A stretch of DNA of 64,000 nt from Camelus dromedarius (Eukaryota): the NCBI RefSeq assembly GCF_036321535.1, contig NC_087444.1, forward strand, positions 75,392,001-75,456,000, in the 5' to 3' direction. Positions 1 through 30,345 of the stretch are shown piece by piece (position 1 is the stretch's first letter; each line of letters begins with the position of its first letter). Made by a program: the position numbers and the translations under genes. Below the pieces are notes generated by a model. The model was not told the origin of the DNA. It saw only the letters and a program-made list of their open reading frames with translations, and made no database searches.

Positions 1-200
1 GGGGTGGGCCCTGGGTCCCTGGGGATGAAGGATATGAGAGAGAAGGAAGGGGGTGGGGTGGGTCTAAGGGACGAAAGGGTTTGGCCTAAGGAGGGGGTTG
101 GAGATCTGGACTCCTGGGAAAGACGGAGGAGGGGACTGGGGGCGAGACCTTTTCGTCCCCACTGGGCTAGGAGAATTCGGTGACCCTGGTCCCCCTCCAG

Positions 201-1885
201 ATCCTCCGACCATCACAGACGTGACCAGTGCCCGAACGGCCCTAGGCCGGGCCGCCCTCCTGCGCTGCGAAGCCATGGCCGTGCCTCCAGCGGATTTCCA
301 GTGGTACAAGGATGACCGACTGTGAGGACAGCACCGGGGCGGGCCGTGGGGATGGTGGTGGTGGGGCCCTCAGTTCTTTGGACTGCAGGGAATGGGGCAG
401 AGGGAGCAGAGTACTGGGTCCTGAGACCTGGGGGTCTAGTTTCTAGGTCTTGGGGTCCACTGGGCACCGGGAGACTGGGGTGACTTACTAAAAATTTGGG
501 GTCCCAAGATGATAAATGTTGGAGCCCAGTCTCCTCCGGCTATTCAGGAAGAAGGTCTGGGGTCAGGGGTTGCTGTTGAGGATCTGGCCGAGAAGCTTTA
601 GGGGACCCTTGGGACCTGGGTCCAGCGTGGCCTGGGAACCCCTAGACCTAGAGGTTGGGGGGTCACACACTGGGAGAGTCCAATGTCCCTGAGGGACTGC
701 GGTGCCTGGAGAAGGGCGTCGGTGGGAGTGGCCCGTGATCCATGGGGAGCTAGAACAGGAGGCTAGAGATCGCTGGGGTAGGGGACAGAATGCAGGGTCT
801 TCAGGGAATCGGGAACTGGGGAGCCTGATGGTCGCGGATGCGGGTGCAGGGCTGGTCTCTCCGCCTCGAGTGGGTCCCAGGCCGGGTCCTGCGGCCTGGT
901 CCCTGACCCGGGTCCCTGGCAGGCTGAGCAGTGGCACGGCCGAGGGCCTGAAGGTGCAGACGGAGCGCACCCGCTCGATGCTTCTCTTCGCCAACGTGAG
1001 CGCCCGGCATTACGGCAACTACACGTGTCGCGCAGCCAACCGGCTGGGAATGTCCAGCGCCTCCATGCGGCTCCTGCGTGCGTCCCTGAGCGGCGGGCGG
1101 GGCGGGGCCGGGGAGGCGTGGGCGGGGCGGGAGCTGAATGGGCGGGGCCAGGGAGGTGGAGATGCAGAGACCGCCCCGAGAATGTCCTCGAACTTAGGAA
1201 AGATACGCGTGCTGAGACTCAGAAGCAGTGCGACTGAGCAAGAAGCCTATCCCTCTATCGATATTCACTGAGCGCCCACCTAGGGCTGGGCGTTGGGTGC
1301 TAGGGACCCAGCAATGCACAAAAGAGGCGAGCTCTGGGGACTCGCAGAGCTTGCTGTCCAGCAGCAGTAGAACAGCAATAAACAAGTAGACACAAATAAA
1401 ATTAAAAGCAAACAAATCTATAAACACGTAACTAAGCAAAAATAATTTTAAATATCCATAAGGGCTACGAAAAAAATAAGTAATAGGATTGGGGGTGGTA
1501 GCATTAGATCAGATCATCAGAGAAAGCTTCCTGGAGGGGCTGATATCTGAACTGAGATCTCAATGGTCAGAGGAAGCCAGCCCTACCAAGATCTGTGGGA
1601 GGAGGTCTGCGGGCAGAAGGAACAGGGATCACAGATGCTAAGACTGAAACACTGAGTGGGAAGCCCAGAAAGTTCCCTAGGAGGCAGCCTCAGACAAGAC
1701 CCTCGGAGACCAAAGCAGAGACAAGACTCCTGGGAGAGACACACATGGGGTTTCCCCTCTCCGGGCCTCCTCCCCTGACCCTCTTTCTCCCCCCAGGCCC
1801 AGGATCCCTGGAGAACTCGGCCCCGAGGCCCCCAGGGCCCCTGATCCTCCTCTCCGCCCTGGGCTGGCTGTGGTGGAGGATGTAG
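201..1885 (+). CDS. IGLON5: IgLON family member 5, 3' part: join(201..321,923..1077,1797..1885)
   Basis: Spliced translation YPPTITDVTSARTALGRAALLRCEAMAVPPADFQWYKDDRLLSSGTAEGLKVQ...YGNYTCRAANRLG...RPGSLENSAPRPPGPLILLSALGWLWWRM* is the third Ig domain plus GPI signal of IGLON5. GT-AG boundaries are phase-consistent. The upstream exons lie outside the window. Confidence 0.95.
1262..1625 (-). mobile_element. Old L2 LINE fragment
   Basis: cattcactgagcgcccacc...ggtgctagggacccagc...agaaagcttcctggagg pattern. Confidence 0.65.
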
Positions 1886-3408
1886 GGAGAACCGGTGCAG
1901 CTCGCCTCCCCCTGCGGGGGGCCTGCGGCCGAGAGCGAGAGGAAAAGGGGGAACAAGCGCTGTGGGTCTCGAGGAAACAGAAGAGCTCTCGGCCACTGAG
2001 GAAGAAGAGAGGAAAAGGAAGAGGAAGGGGAGGAGGAAAGATCTTTAGAGAACCCATCACTGTGAGGGATAACGCAAAATTATGCATCTTTCTACAGCCA
2101 TTCTCGCCACTGTTCACCTTTCCGATTGTGACTCACCCCTGGCCACCCCACACCCCTCTCTTAGCTCAGGCTGTCAACTGGATCGTGCGTGTGTAGTGGG
2201 TGTGTGTGAGCGTAAGCCTGCACGTGTGTGTGCGCGCATGCGGGCGTGTGTGGACGGATGGGTGGGTGCGGAAGGGGGCGCAGCACTCTTCCTTCCCCAA
2301 CACCCCCACATCCACTGCCCCCGTCCCTGCTGTCTCCCACTCTGGCTGGAGGTAGGTATGGGGGCTTCGTGGTAGAAGCCGTGAGGAGAGGTTTTCCAGG
2401 CTCCCTCCTTTCCCAATATATGCACGCACACCGCCCCTTCCCCTCCCTGTTGAAAGGCTGTCTCCTGGGCAGGTTGGGAGGGGGGGAGGGGCATCACTTT
2501 GTCAAGCTGTCATTCAGCCTTTATGAGAGGGTTGCGGGATCTCCATCTTGGCTTTGGGCCTCCCTGCTGTCAACCGCCAGCTGCCTGTAGCCAGAGGCCC
2601 CATTACCAGCTCAGCGGCCTGAGACCTTCCCACTTTCCCCGTCTCTGTCCACCCTGGACTTTCGGCCCCCTTCTGGGCCAATCGGTGCTTCCATCCAACT
2701 GTCAGGCTGGTGCCTGTTGTCACCTGCCTGTCTCAGTGCTTTGCCCTTCCTCAGCCCCACTCCCCTCGGCCACCTGCAGCGCCAACCAGCTGCCTTCAGC
2801 GCCCCTGCAGCCAACCCACAGGTGTGGGCTTACTGGTCTACCACTCCCTGGCCTCTCCACCAACCCAACCTCCTGAAGGTTGACCTGACCACCCTCACAC
2901 ACATTCAGACACACCCACAAAACCAGCGACTGTGACCAGCAATAGCCCCCTGGCTCCAGCTGTCCTGTAGTCAGTCGGTTCCCCCCAAGGATGGGCAACT
3001 GTTGTCAAGAAGGGGCTCTGAGGCTGTCACGTCAGCTCCGATTGTAGGAATACCCCACCCTGGCACAGCGCATCGCACCAAGTGGGGGAGAGAGGGGCGC
3101 CGCACAGACACCCCGAGCCCAGGCCAGGGTGCCGGGCTACCAGCTCCAACTCCCGGGAGACCCTCTATAAACACCCACCCTGAACTACACCACCCAGAGC
3201 TTGGGATAGGGAGAAAGGGTAGAGCAGGGGCAGGGGGGCAAGGGGCAGTGACTGTACCTCAGACGGGGGCGTGGGCCCCATCCCACATTGTCTTCCATTC
3301 CCAGGGTCCGGGGGACAGGGAGGGGAGGGGGAGGGACGCAAGGGAGGGGGCGGGGGGCCCTGGGGGCCGTGTGTTCCGATTCATGGGGAGTGTTGAGACC
3401 ACCACACC

Positions 3409-3414
3409 AATAAA
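3409..3414 (+). terminator. Probable IGLON5 polyadenylation signal (AATAAA)
   Basis: First AATAAA after the stop codon, giving a ~1.5 kb 3'UTR, followed by a T/GT-rich stretch. Confidence 0.6.
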
Positions 3415-4794
3415 CGCCTTTTTCCAAAGTCTCTGCCTGCAGGTGCCAATGTCATTAAGATATGGGTGAGTGGAGGGCAAGGGGTCGTGGTCCTTGGTGG
3501 TGCCACCCCAGCATCACTGCATCATTTCTACCCTCTTCTTTCTCTTTGGTAAATTTGGAATTGACCCACTTACAGAAGTGGCCCCTGATTGGCTTAAGCC
3601 ACTTGGCACAGCCCATTTCCCAATGTGACTGGTTCAGAGGTGGGCACGTGACCTAGCCAGGCTAATGACAGAGTGGACATCAGAGCTGTGTGGATTCACA
3701 AGAAGAGATGCTCTTCTGCTGGATAATGTGGCTCAGTGGTATGAAGGCTAGATCTGCAAGGTTGCTTTTTTCCATCGCATGGAGAGCTCTTGGGTCTGTG
3801 GGGATAGCAATGGTGGGGAAGACAGCACGTGGAGCCTGTGAATGATAGAAACACTATGGAATGCAGAGTGAAAAGTCTAGAGAAACTGAGTCCATGATGA
3901 CATCATTTGAGCAATCGGTTCAAAACTTACCTGATGCCCACGAACACTTACATAGGCAATAAAGTAGGTTTTCTGTCTCTAGTTATCCAAAAGGAAATGA
4001 AAACTCTAACTGATATAGAAGAGATATATAGAGTCCAGGTACCCAGGACCCCAGCCCTTACCTTTTAAAATTATATATGTGTGAGTGGGGAGGGCTATGT
4101 GTGAACTCTGTATTTTCTGCTCAATTCTGCTGTGAACCTGAAACTGCTCTAAAAGAATAAAGTCTATTAAAAAAAAAAAAAAAAAAGGATTCAAGGGCTC
4201 TTTTGCCCAAATCTTTCATCCCAATCCTTAATCAGAATGCCTCACATCCTTCCCCAAGACAGATGCTGGTTGCCTACACTTTATTATATGTTTTCTCCCT
4301 CTTTCCTGTCAGATGACCTCACATGATACAGGCTGAGATATTTAGTTTCCTGACCTCCACCTTGCAGTGATGTGGCCCATTCAGGGTCAATGAGACATAA
4401 AGGAAGTTTGCTGTGAGGCTTCCAGGAAAGTTTTTCCCCCCATTTATGAAGTTGGTCAAGGGGAGGGGGACCCTACTCCCTTCCTTTTGTTGTCAGATAC
4501 AGTTGTGTGAAGATGTGATGTCTGGGGCTGCAGCAGCCATCTTGCTACATGAGACAACATGCCAATCCACCAAGGGTGGCAGAGCAGAAGGATGCAAAGA
4601 GCCCAGGTACTTGATGGGGTCACTAAGTTGCTGAGCCAGCCTGAAACCACTTACCTCCATGTTACTTGCAGCCAAAAGGATTTTCATTGATGCACTCCTT
4701 AAATTTTCAAAGAGAAACCCAGGTGAAAAAGGAAGGAATCCTGCTGGGTAAAGCAACAGCAAGCCCAGTCCTTCGCGGGCCCCAAAACATTTGA

Positions 4795-5330
4795 TCGTCA
4801 ACAAATATTTATGGAGGAACTGCCATGTGCCAAACTCTGTGTTAAGTGCTTGGGATAATGACACGGTCTCTACCTTTGTGCAGCTCTCAGTTTAGAAAGG
4901 GACTCAGAGGTTAAACAATTAATTATGTATTTACATATAAGGCACAGGAGGTTCAGGGGCTCTGGGACCTCACACGTAACAGGTAGGTTGGGGTCATGGG
5001 TTCGGGAAGTGTCCTCTATAATGGTAATGGTTACTTTTACATTTGAGAAACAAATGACAGAGCAAAGAAAGCTGCTCCAGGCAGAGTAAACTCTAGGAGC
5101 AAAGGCCTGGAGGCAAAATAAAGTGTGGTGGAGAGAAGCCAGGATGAAAGTTCTGGAAGGGGAGGTCAGAGAGGCTGACAGAGGCCAAACCGCAAGGTTT
5201 TGAAGGTCACGATGAAGAGTTTGGACAATATCTGAAGGGCAACGGGCAACCGCAGAAGGGCTTAAAGAGATGAGGGATGTGATCTGATCTAAGATGAAGA
5301 CTCTGGAAGCTGGAGGGGGTGTGGCCTGGA
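4795..5330 (-). mobile_element. Old L2 LINE fragment
   Basis: caaatatttatggagg...gtgccaaactctgtgttaagtgc through gatgtgatctga. Confidence 0.65.
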
Positions 5331-5682
5331 GGCAAAAGAGAACATAGGAAGATCCTATCAGAGAATGAGGCAGGGCGACCTCTCCAGCACAAAGCAGCGC
5401 AGCAAGCCCTGCCAGTCTGCCACAGACACTGCAGGTTTTTCCTGCTCGAAGGTTGTGCAAACCACACTGTCAAATCAGCAGGTGTCTCTCCCAGCCCAGG
5501 AATCTCATCTCTTTAGTTGCACAAATGCCGGTAGAGTCTTCTCTGCTGAGAGAGGGAAACGGGAAGCCCCACTTTCTGGGTCCAACCTTCAGTCACAGCA
5601 GGACAGGAAGCCCTGACTGCTGGTGGGGCTAAACAGGAAGTTCTTCCCCAAAGTCCGAGGCACAGCAGGCCACTCGCTCTGG

Positions 5683-13297
<7,615 letters not shown>

Positions 13298-14831
13298 GGT
13301 GCTGGCCGCACCAGAGAGGATACTGAGGCAATACCCAGGGCCTGCACCCATCCCTCCCAGGCTTGTCGGGGCTGGACGAGTCGGACAGGACTGGTAGCTT
13401 CCTGGGCGGGGAAGGGAATCAGACCCAGTGGGAGGTGCCAGCATCCCCTACCCAGATCAGGTGCCTGAACCACCACCCCACCCCACTTGTCCTCATCAGC
13501 TGGTCCAGTCTCGGGGGGAGGCCCAGCCTGACCCCTGCACTCCCCACCCTCTGGGGGAAGATGGTGAGAATCGAGTACCAGCCAGAAACTTGGTGACAAA
13601 TTCATGGAAAATCCAGGAAGGCTTCCTGGAGGAAGGTAAGTTGCCCTTTCAGAGAGCATTCCCCTCTATGATGGCCTTGGCCTCAGCCGAGTCTTCCTCC
13701 TCTGCAGCCTCCTGGCCTCAAGTCCAATCTGTCCTGCCTGCAGCCTCAAATCCCCATGTCTGACCCTGCTCCTAACTCTCCCATGGTTCCCTCTTGCCCT
13801 CAGGACCAAGTCTCAAGTAGCTATCTCTCACCCAGTCATCTCTTCTGAGACCCAGAGGTGCATCTCCATGTCCCCCAGGCACTCACATGCCCTGTGTCCC
13901 ACTACACTCTCCAACACAACCCTTCTGCATTCTCCATCTCCTGCAATCTAGAGACATGTTGTGAGCCTCCCCCCACCCCACCGCCTCCCTTCCCTTCACT
14001 GCTGTCAGTCTCTGAAACCCACCCACTCCCACCCCTGAATCTCTCTGCTCCATCCCTTCCTCTCTGTTCCTACTGGCTGAGCCTCAGCACAGGCCCTCAC
14101 TTCTCCCTCTGTCCCTTTGCCTGGCCTCCTCCCTCCAGCTTCTAGTCTTCCTTAGTCCATGGATTCCCACTTGGCCTTTGAGTCTTTCCAGAGCTGACCC
14201 TGCCCCTCCATAGCTCCCCAGTGCCCCCAGGAGACAACCAGGTTCCTCATCAGAACTGCCGGGCTGATACCCACCCACTTTCCCCCTCCAGCAATTATTC
14301 TTTGAATACCCGGCCATTCCTCTGCCCATCTCTCCTCTCCCTGCCTTTGCAAGGGCAGCTTCCTCTGCCTGGAATGCTTGTGCTCGCTCCCCCACCCCCT
14401 CCTCTGACCTGGCTAAACCACAACTAGTCCTTCAAGTCTCACCTTATTAAGAACCAAAATAATAATTACCACTTCTCATGCGCCAGGAACCATGTGAAAT
14501 GCTTTCTGGACATTATTGGGCTGAACCCTTCTAAACACTCTATGGGCCAGGTGTTTACAAACCGGGATACTACGGCTCAGAGACGTCAAGGGACCTGCGG
14601 AGGTGGCACAGCTGGAGGGAGGCGTTTAGCCCAGGATGGTCAGGCTGCTCACTCTTTCTGAAAACTTCTGCCACCCCATGCTAATAATAATAATAATGGC
14701 CATAATATACAGTGAGAATCTTCTGCATGTTGGGTATGGGTCTGCAGGTGCTACATTAATTAAACCTTCAGAATCCCATGGAGGTACGTTTTGTAGATTA
14801 AGGAATAGCTGCAAATTCAACCCTCCTGCTA

Positions 14832-15312
14832 TTAAGAAATGGGGTCAAATTTGCAGCAACATGGATGGAACTGGAGATCATCATTCTAAGTGAAGCCAGA
14901 AAGAGAAAAATATCATATGATATTACTTATATGTGGAATCTAAAACAAACAACAACAACAACAAAACCCCACACAAATGAACTTATTTATAAAACAGAAA
15001 CAGACTCACAGACATAGAAAACAAACTTACGATTACCAGAGGGGAAAGGGGTGAAAAGGGATAAACTGGGAGTTTGACATTTGCAGATACTACCATATAT
15101 AAAATAGATAACCAACAAGTGTCTACTGTAGAGCACAGGGAACTGTATTCAGTATCTTGTGTAGCCTATAATGAAATAGAATGTGAAAACGAATGCATGT
15201 ATGTATACGTATATGCTGTGCACCAGAAACTGACACATCGTAAACTGACTACACTTCAATTCACTTTTTAAAATAAATAAATAAAAGCTATTAAAATTTT
15301 TTAAAAAAGAAA
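14832..15312 (+). mobile_element. 5'-truncated L1 (3' end)
   Basis: gcagcaacatggatggaactggagatcatcattctaagtgaag...agcacagggaact... ending in an A-rich tail. Confidence 0.9.
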
Positions 15313-16244
15313 AAGGAATAGGGTCTATGTCCCCTCCCTTGGGTCCGGGTAGTCTCTCTGACTGTCAGACCAAGAGAGCAGAGCAGAAGTGGCCCTGCGC
15401 TAATTTTTGCATCTAGAACTTGAGAGACTGGCGCCTACGCCACTGCCTATACTGGGCCCCAGCTGTGAGGAAGCTCAAGCGGCCCCAAGGAGAGGAACCA
15501 TGGCCCCTGGCCAACAGCCAGCTCAAGCCCACAGCCCCAGCCAGCTTGCCAGGCACAGGACTGAGCCACCTTGGACACCCCATTTGAGCCATCCCCACCA
15601 AGGCTGCATGGAAGATTGGCAAGCTGTCCCTGCCAAGCCTCGCCCACATTTCAGATTTACGAGCAAAATAAATGATTGTTGGTTTCCACCACCAAGCTTT
15701 GGAGAGGTCTGTTACGCCACAACAACCAGAACGCAGGTGTTACCACTAACTCCACCTGATGGAGGAGGAAACCCAGGCTCCGAGAGTGGGAACTTGCTGA
15801 AGGTCCTCCCAGCATCCGGGATTGGCCAGACTGGGATCTGAACCCAGGGCCTTGGGATGCAGATCCCAGGCTCTTAACCACTACACCAAGCTCTTACTAT
15901 TCCATCGTCCAGATGAGGAAACGGAAGCTCGGAGGCAGGAAGTAACTCACTCAAGATCTCATAGCTGGTAAGTGTGAGAATGAGGGTATAAAGTCATAAA
16001 GTCTGACTCCAGGCCCCAGCTCCTCATGCCTAAAAGAGGTTTTGACTGTCTGTTGCTTGCCTGTCCCCCCCAGCCAGGACCAGAGCCTCCAGCCTCATTC
16101 CCTCGTGTCTGAAGCTCAGCAGGGACCTGGCACCTGGAGTATCCAGCAAAATCTTTGCAGATGAAAGTCCTTCTTCTACCCCCTCCCCCCCCACCAACCT
16201 CACTGATATTTTTCTTTTTCTTTCTTTCTTTCTTTCTTTTTTTT

Positions 16245-16322
16245 AAATGGACGTACTGGGGATTGAACTCAGGACCTCGTGCATGCTAAGCATGCACTCT
16301 ACCACTGAGCTATCCCACCCCT
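16245..16322 (-). mobile_element. tRNA-Ala-derived SINE (camelid Vic-1-like)
   Basis: Reverse complement of GGGTGGGATAGCTCAGTGGTAGAGTGCATGCTTAGCATGCACGAGGTCCTGAGTTCAATCCCCAGTAC with a (TTTC)n/polyT tail. Confidence 0.85.
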
Positions 16323-16680
16323 TATATTTGTCTTTTGAGAATCAACTTAAACACCATCTCCCTGGGAGGTCCCTTTGACCCCACAGGCCAGGTCAGATGC
16401 CCCATGTGGGTTCCCAAGGGAAGTGGGTTCCCTCAGCTTATAGCACACAGCACCCCACCTTACAGCTGCCTCTGTCCATGTGTGTCCCCTCCTTCAACAG
16501 AGAAGCTCCTCTTGGACAGGGACTGCATGTGACTCACCTGGGTCCCCAGCATCACTTAGCACAGGGCACAGGGCACAGGACCCAGCATGCAGGAGACTTA
16601 AGTAAATGTTTGCTGAATGAATCAAAGAATGGGTTTACAGGGAATGGGTTAACAGAGACAGACGTTGGAAGAGTCATGGT

Positions 16681-16686
16681 TTTATT
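16681..16686 (-). terminator. ETFB polyadenylation signal
   Basis: AATAAA on the minus strand about 20 nt after the stop codon (very short 3'UTR). Confidence 0.75.
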
Positions 16687-16707
16687 GCTGAGTTTCAGGG
16701 AAGGGGC

Positions 16708-27712
<11,005 letters not shown>

Positions 27713-27714
27713 CT

Positions 27715-27960
27715 TCCTGCGGCGGCGAGTCCTCGCCTTCGGCCTCCCGGGCTGGTCGCCCCGCCCCCCTATCCTTCTCTGCGCCTGCGTTCCGCGCCGC
27801 CAGCCAGTCAACAGCCGCGGTGCCCGCCCCGCCCGCCCAGAAGGACCAATCGGGAGGCCGGAGGGGAGAGAGGTGGGGCAAGTAGATGCGGGCCAATGAG
27901 GAGCAGATCCCTGGGAGAGAGGCGGAACCCGGAAAAAAGGACATTGTGAAGGGGGTGTGG
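27715..27960 (-). promoter_or_regulatory. ETFB CpG-island promoter
   Basis: CpG-rich, with GC boxes, an NRF1-like TGCGCCTGCGT at ~27780, CCAAT at 27846 and 27893, and ETS-like CCGGAA, immediately upstream of the ATG. Confidence 0.8.
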
Positions 27961-28476
27961 CCAGGAACTGGGGGAAAGGTCCCGCGAGGGAGGGACGCGT
28001 TCCTGGAGAGGAGTTCAGAAAAGACCTCCTAAACTTTTCCCAATGCCTTCGGGTCTACCCTCTCCCCTAGTGCCCAACCCGTGTCCCATTCCCCCTACCT
28101 CATTCTCTCCAAGCCCGTGTTCCTCGTCCCCTCTATGATCGCGCCTCTACGTTCCTCCATATCTGTCCTCCCCCGTCCTTGTCTCCACTTTTCCTCCGTG
28201 TCTGTGTCCCTATATCCTCTCTATGCGCCCATGTCCCCTGATTCCACTATCCCCATGTCCCCGTCCCCTCCAAATACATGTCCCTTGTCCTCTCTATATC
28301 CGAGTCTCTACCACGCCCGTGTCCCCCCCATGTCTACAATGTTCCCTGTAGGTTCGTGTCCTTACGCCCTCCCTGAGCCTCCAAGTACCCCCGTATCTGC
28401 GTCCTCAGGTCCCCCAGAAAGTCACATGGAGCCGCTGCGGTGGAAGCCGTTCCTTTATTCTGCCAAGCACCTGCGG

Positions 28477-29886
28477 TTACAAGCACACTGGAAATTCACT
28501 GATGGCATCCGTGCTCTGCACGATCATGTCCGCCAGCAGAAAGCAGAAGCCTGGCGGGAGGAGAATGGAGGGCAGGTGGAGGAGGGTAGGTCCCGGGGCG
28601 GATGACCCGGAGGGCCCCAGGGACTGGAGTTTGGGGCTCCAAGTGCTTTTCTGCCGGGTCCCCGGGAGCCCGGAGTGGAATGTGTTGGGGAGTCCCTGGG
28701 AAGTCACTGTGGAGTTTCCGGGAAGTGGCTAGGAGTCTCTGCAGGGAGGGGGTGTTCTTCGGGACCGTCTCTTCCACCCTCTTCCGCTGTCCAGATTACC
28801 CGCGAGAACAGAGAAGGATAAAGTCAGCCACCCCAAAAAATAGGACCAGGAGAAGACGACGTCGTTTTTCCACATATTCTTCACTATATAGCAGCCTGTC
28901 AAGGCGATCAGCAGCAGCAGGCCTGGGCCCCGCCCACCCCCCGGGTGAGCGTGGCCAAGAGGCTGCACCCAGGCCCCACCCTGGCCTCGCCCACCGCCCC
29001 AGGCCACGCCCTTCGAGCCCACCCCGTCCGGGCTCTACCCCGTCTCCCCGGCCCCGCCCCTAGCCCCGCCTCTCTAGCTCCTCCACCACCAGAGCTGTCC
29101 TTCTGATCCCCGCCGTATCCTCTCGGTCTCCAGCCCCAGCTCCCGGCTCCCATACCCATGCCTCAAGTCCGACCCCTGGGCCCCTGCCCCTCCAAACTCC
29201 AGGCCCACCCTATGCCTGGCGGCCCGCTGCCGTCTCACCGCAGAGGAAGAAGATGGCGCTAGTGGTCTGGCCCCGTGGGTCGCCCTCTTGGCACAGAATC
29301 CGCAGCCCCATCACCAAGCCCACGATGCCGGAGCCCGCCGCTAGCACCATGAACGCCCCAGTCACCGCCAGCATGGCTGGGGGAGAGCGGGTCGCATCAG
29401 CCCCGCTGGCACCTTCCCTGGCCACCAACCCCACCCGCCAGTTCTGGGCTGGCAGCAGAGTCAGGGGTTTGGATGGGGACTTGGCAGTTACATCATGAGG
29501 GCCCGTTAATGTTGCAACAGGGAAGCAGATGCCAAAGTGGGAGATCATGGTGGCCTTGGTCACGGAGGGGTAGCTGGAACTTAGATGGAAGGGTAGATTT
29601 GGGGGCGCCGCAGGATGTGCCCCGCAGTTGTGTCAGATGAGGGGGCTAGCTGTGATCGGTCTGTCTGGGGGCTGTCTGTCCAGTGGAGGTCTGACACTGG
29701 GGCAGCCGGGCCTCACTCTGGCCGGGGATGTTGGGTTACATGCCACTGTTACACTCCTGCCACAGGCCACTGTGGCCCCCCAGAGTAACGGAACCAGTAG
29801 TTGGTGGTGGTGGACAGAATCGTGAGGCTGGTAGCCAAGAAGCCCAGCAAGATGCCCCCACTCTGAAGGTTCTGCTTCACCCCCAT
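28477..29886 (-). pseudogene. CLDND2: Claudin domain-containing 2, disrupted: exons complement(28477..28550,28800..28922,29239..29376,29717..29886)
   Basis: MGVKQNLQSGGILLG...NYW and LAVTGAFMVLA...FSWSYFLGW...DAISEFPVCL* match CLDND2. Exon 1 is 170 nt (3n+2) with a 6-G run that shifts the frame (stop at 29749-29751). With the frame restored there is still a TAA at 29736-29738. Confidence 0.85.
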
Positions 29887-30228
29887 GCCAGGGAGGATGC
29901 TGCCAAGGACCACACATGCAGGATTGGCCAACACCTCTCCCACCCCCAGGCCCCTCGCCCCATTCCTTCAAGTCCCTGAAACCCTCTTCCATATGTCCCC
30001 CCATATCCCAGATGGCTATCCCAGCACCCTGCCTCGGGCCCCTACTTATGGGGATCCCCCACAGGCCCCTCTCAGACCCAAGACCTCCTTTCCCCTCAGG
30101 CATCACTGCTTAGGAGTTTCCTTGTCTTCCAGAAACCTCCATCCCTCACATGCCTTTGGCCTGTCCAGTGCCACACCCCTCCTCCACTCCCCCACCCCCC
30201 CACCCCCCTCATCTCTGCACACACTCAC

Positions 30229-30345
30229 CTAAGTGACCCATTCCAGCTCCCAGGGCTTCTCAGACAGAGCCCAGAGGGGTGGGGGAAGGGAAACCAGGTC
30301 TCTGTGAGGCAGTAGGAATTCCAGAATCCGTGGCTGTTTAAAGAG
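30229..30345 (-). other. Probable non-coding first exon and core promoter of CLDND2
   Basis: Strong donor TAG|GTGAGT at 30229, TTTAAA TATA-like element at ~30337-30342, and a matching acceptor (cttggcag|) at 29899 just before the ATG. Confidence 0.45.

Noticed and set aside
2185-2250. Alternating purine-pyrimidine tract in the IGLON5 3'UTR (Z-DNA potential)
   Set aside because: Common short (TG/CG)n microsatellite; nothing distinctive.
4870-5460. 196-aa ORF, plus other long ORFs (13063-13659, 32200-32829, 28081-28605, 23235-23789)
   Set aside because: They lie in L2/MIR remnants, antisense to real exons, or in GC-rich low-complexity DNA, often start at GTG/TTG, and show no recognisable domain.
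28085-28400. ATGTCCCC-rich low-complexity patch between ETFB and CLDND2
   Set aside because: No stable period and no identifiable motif.
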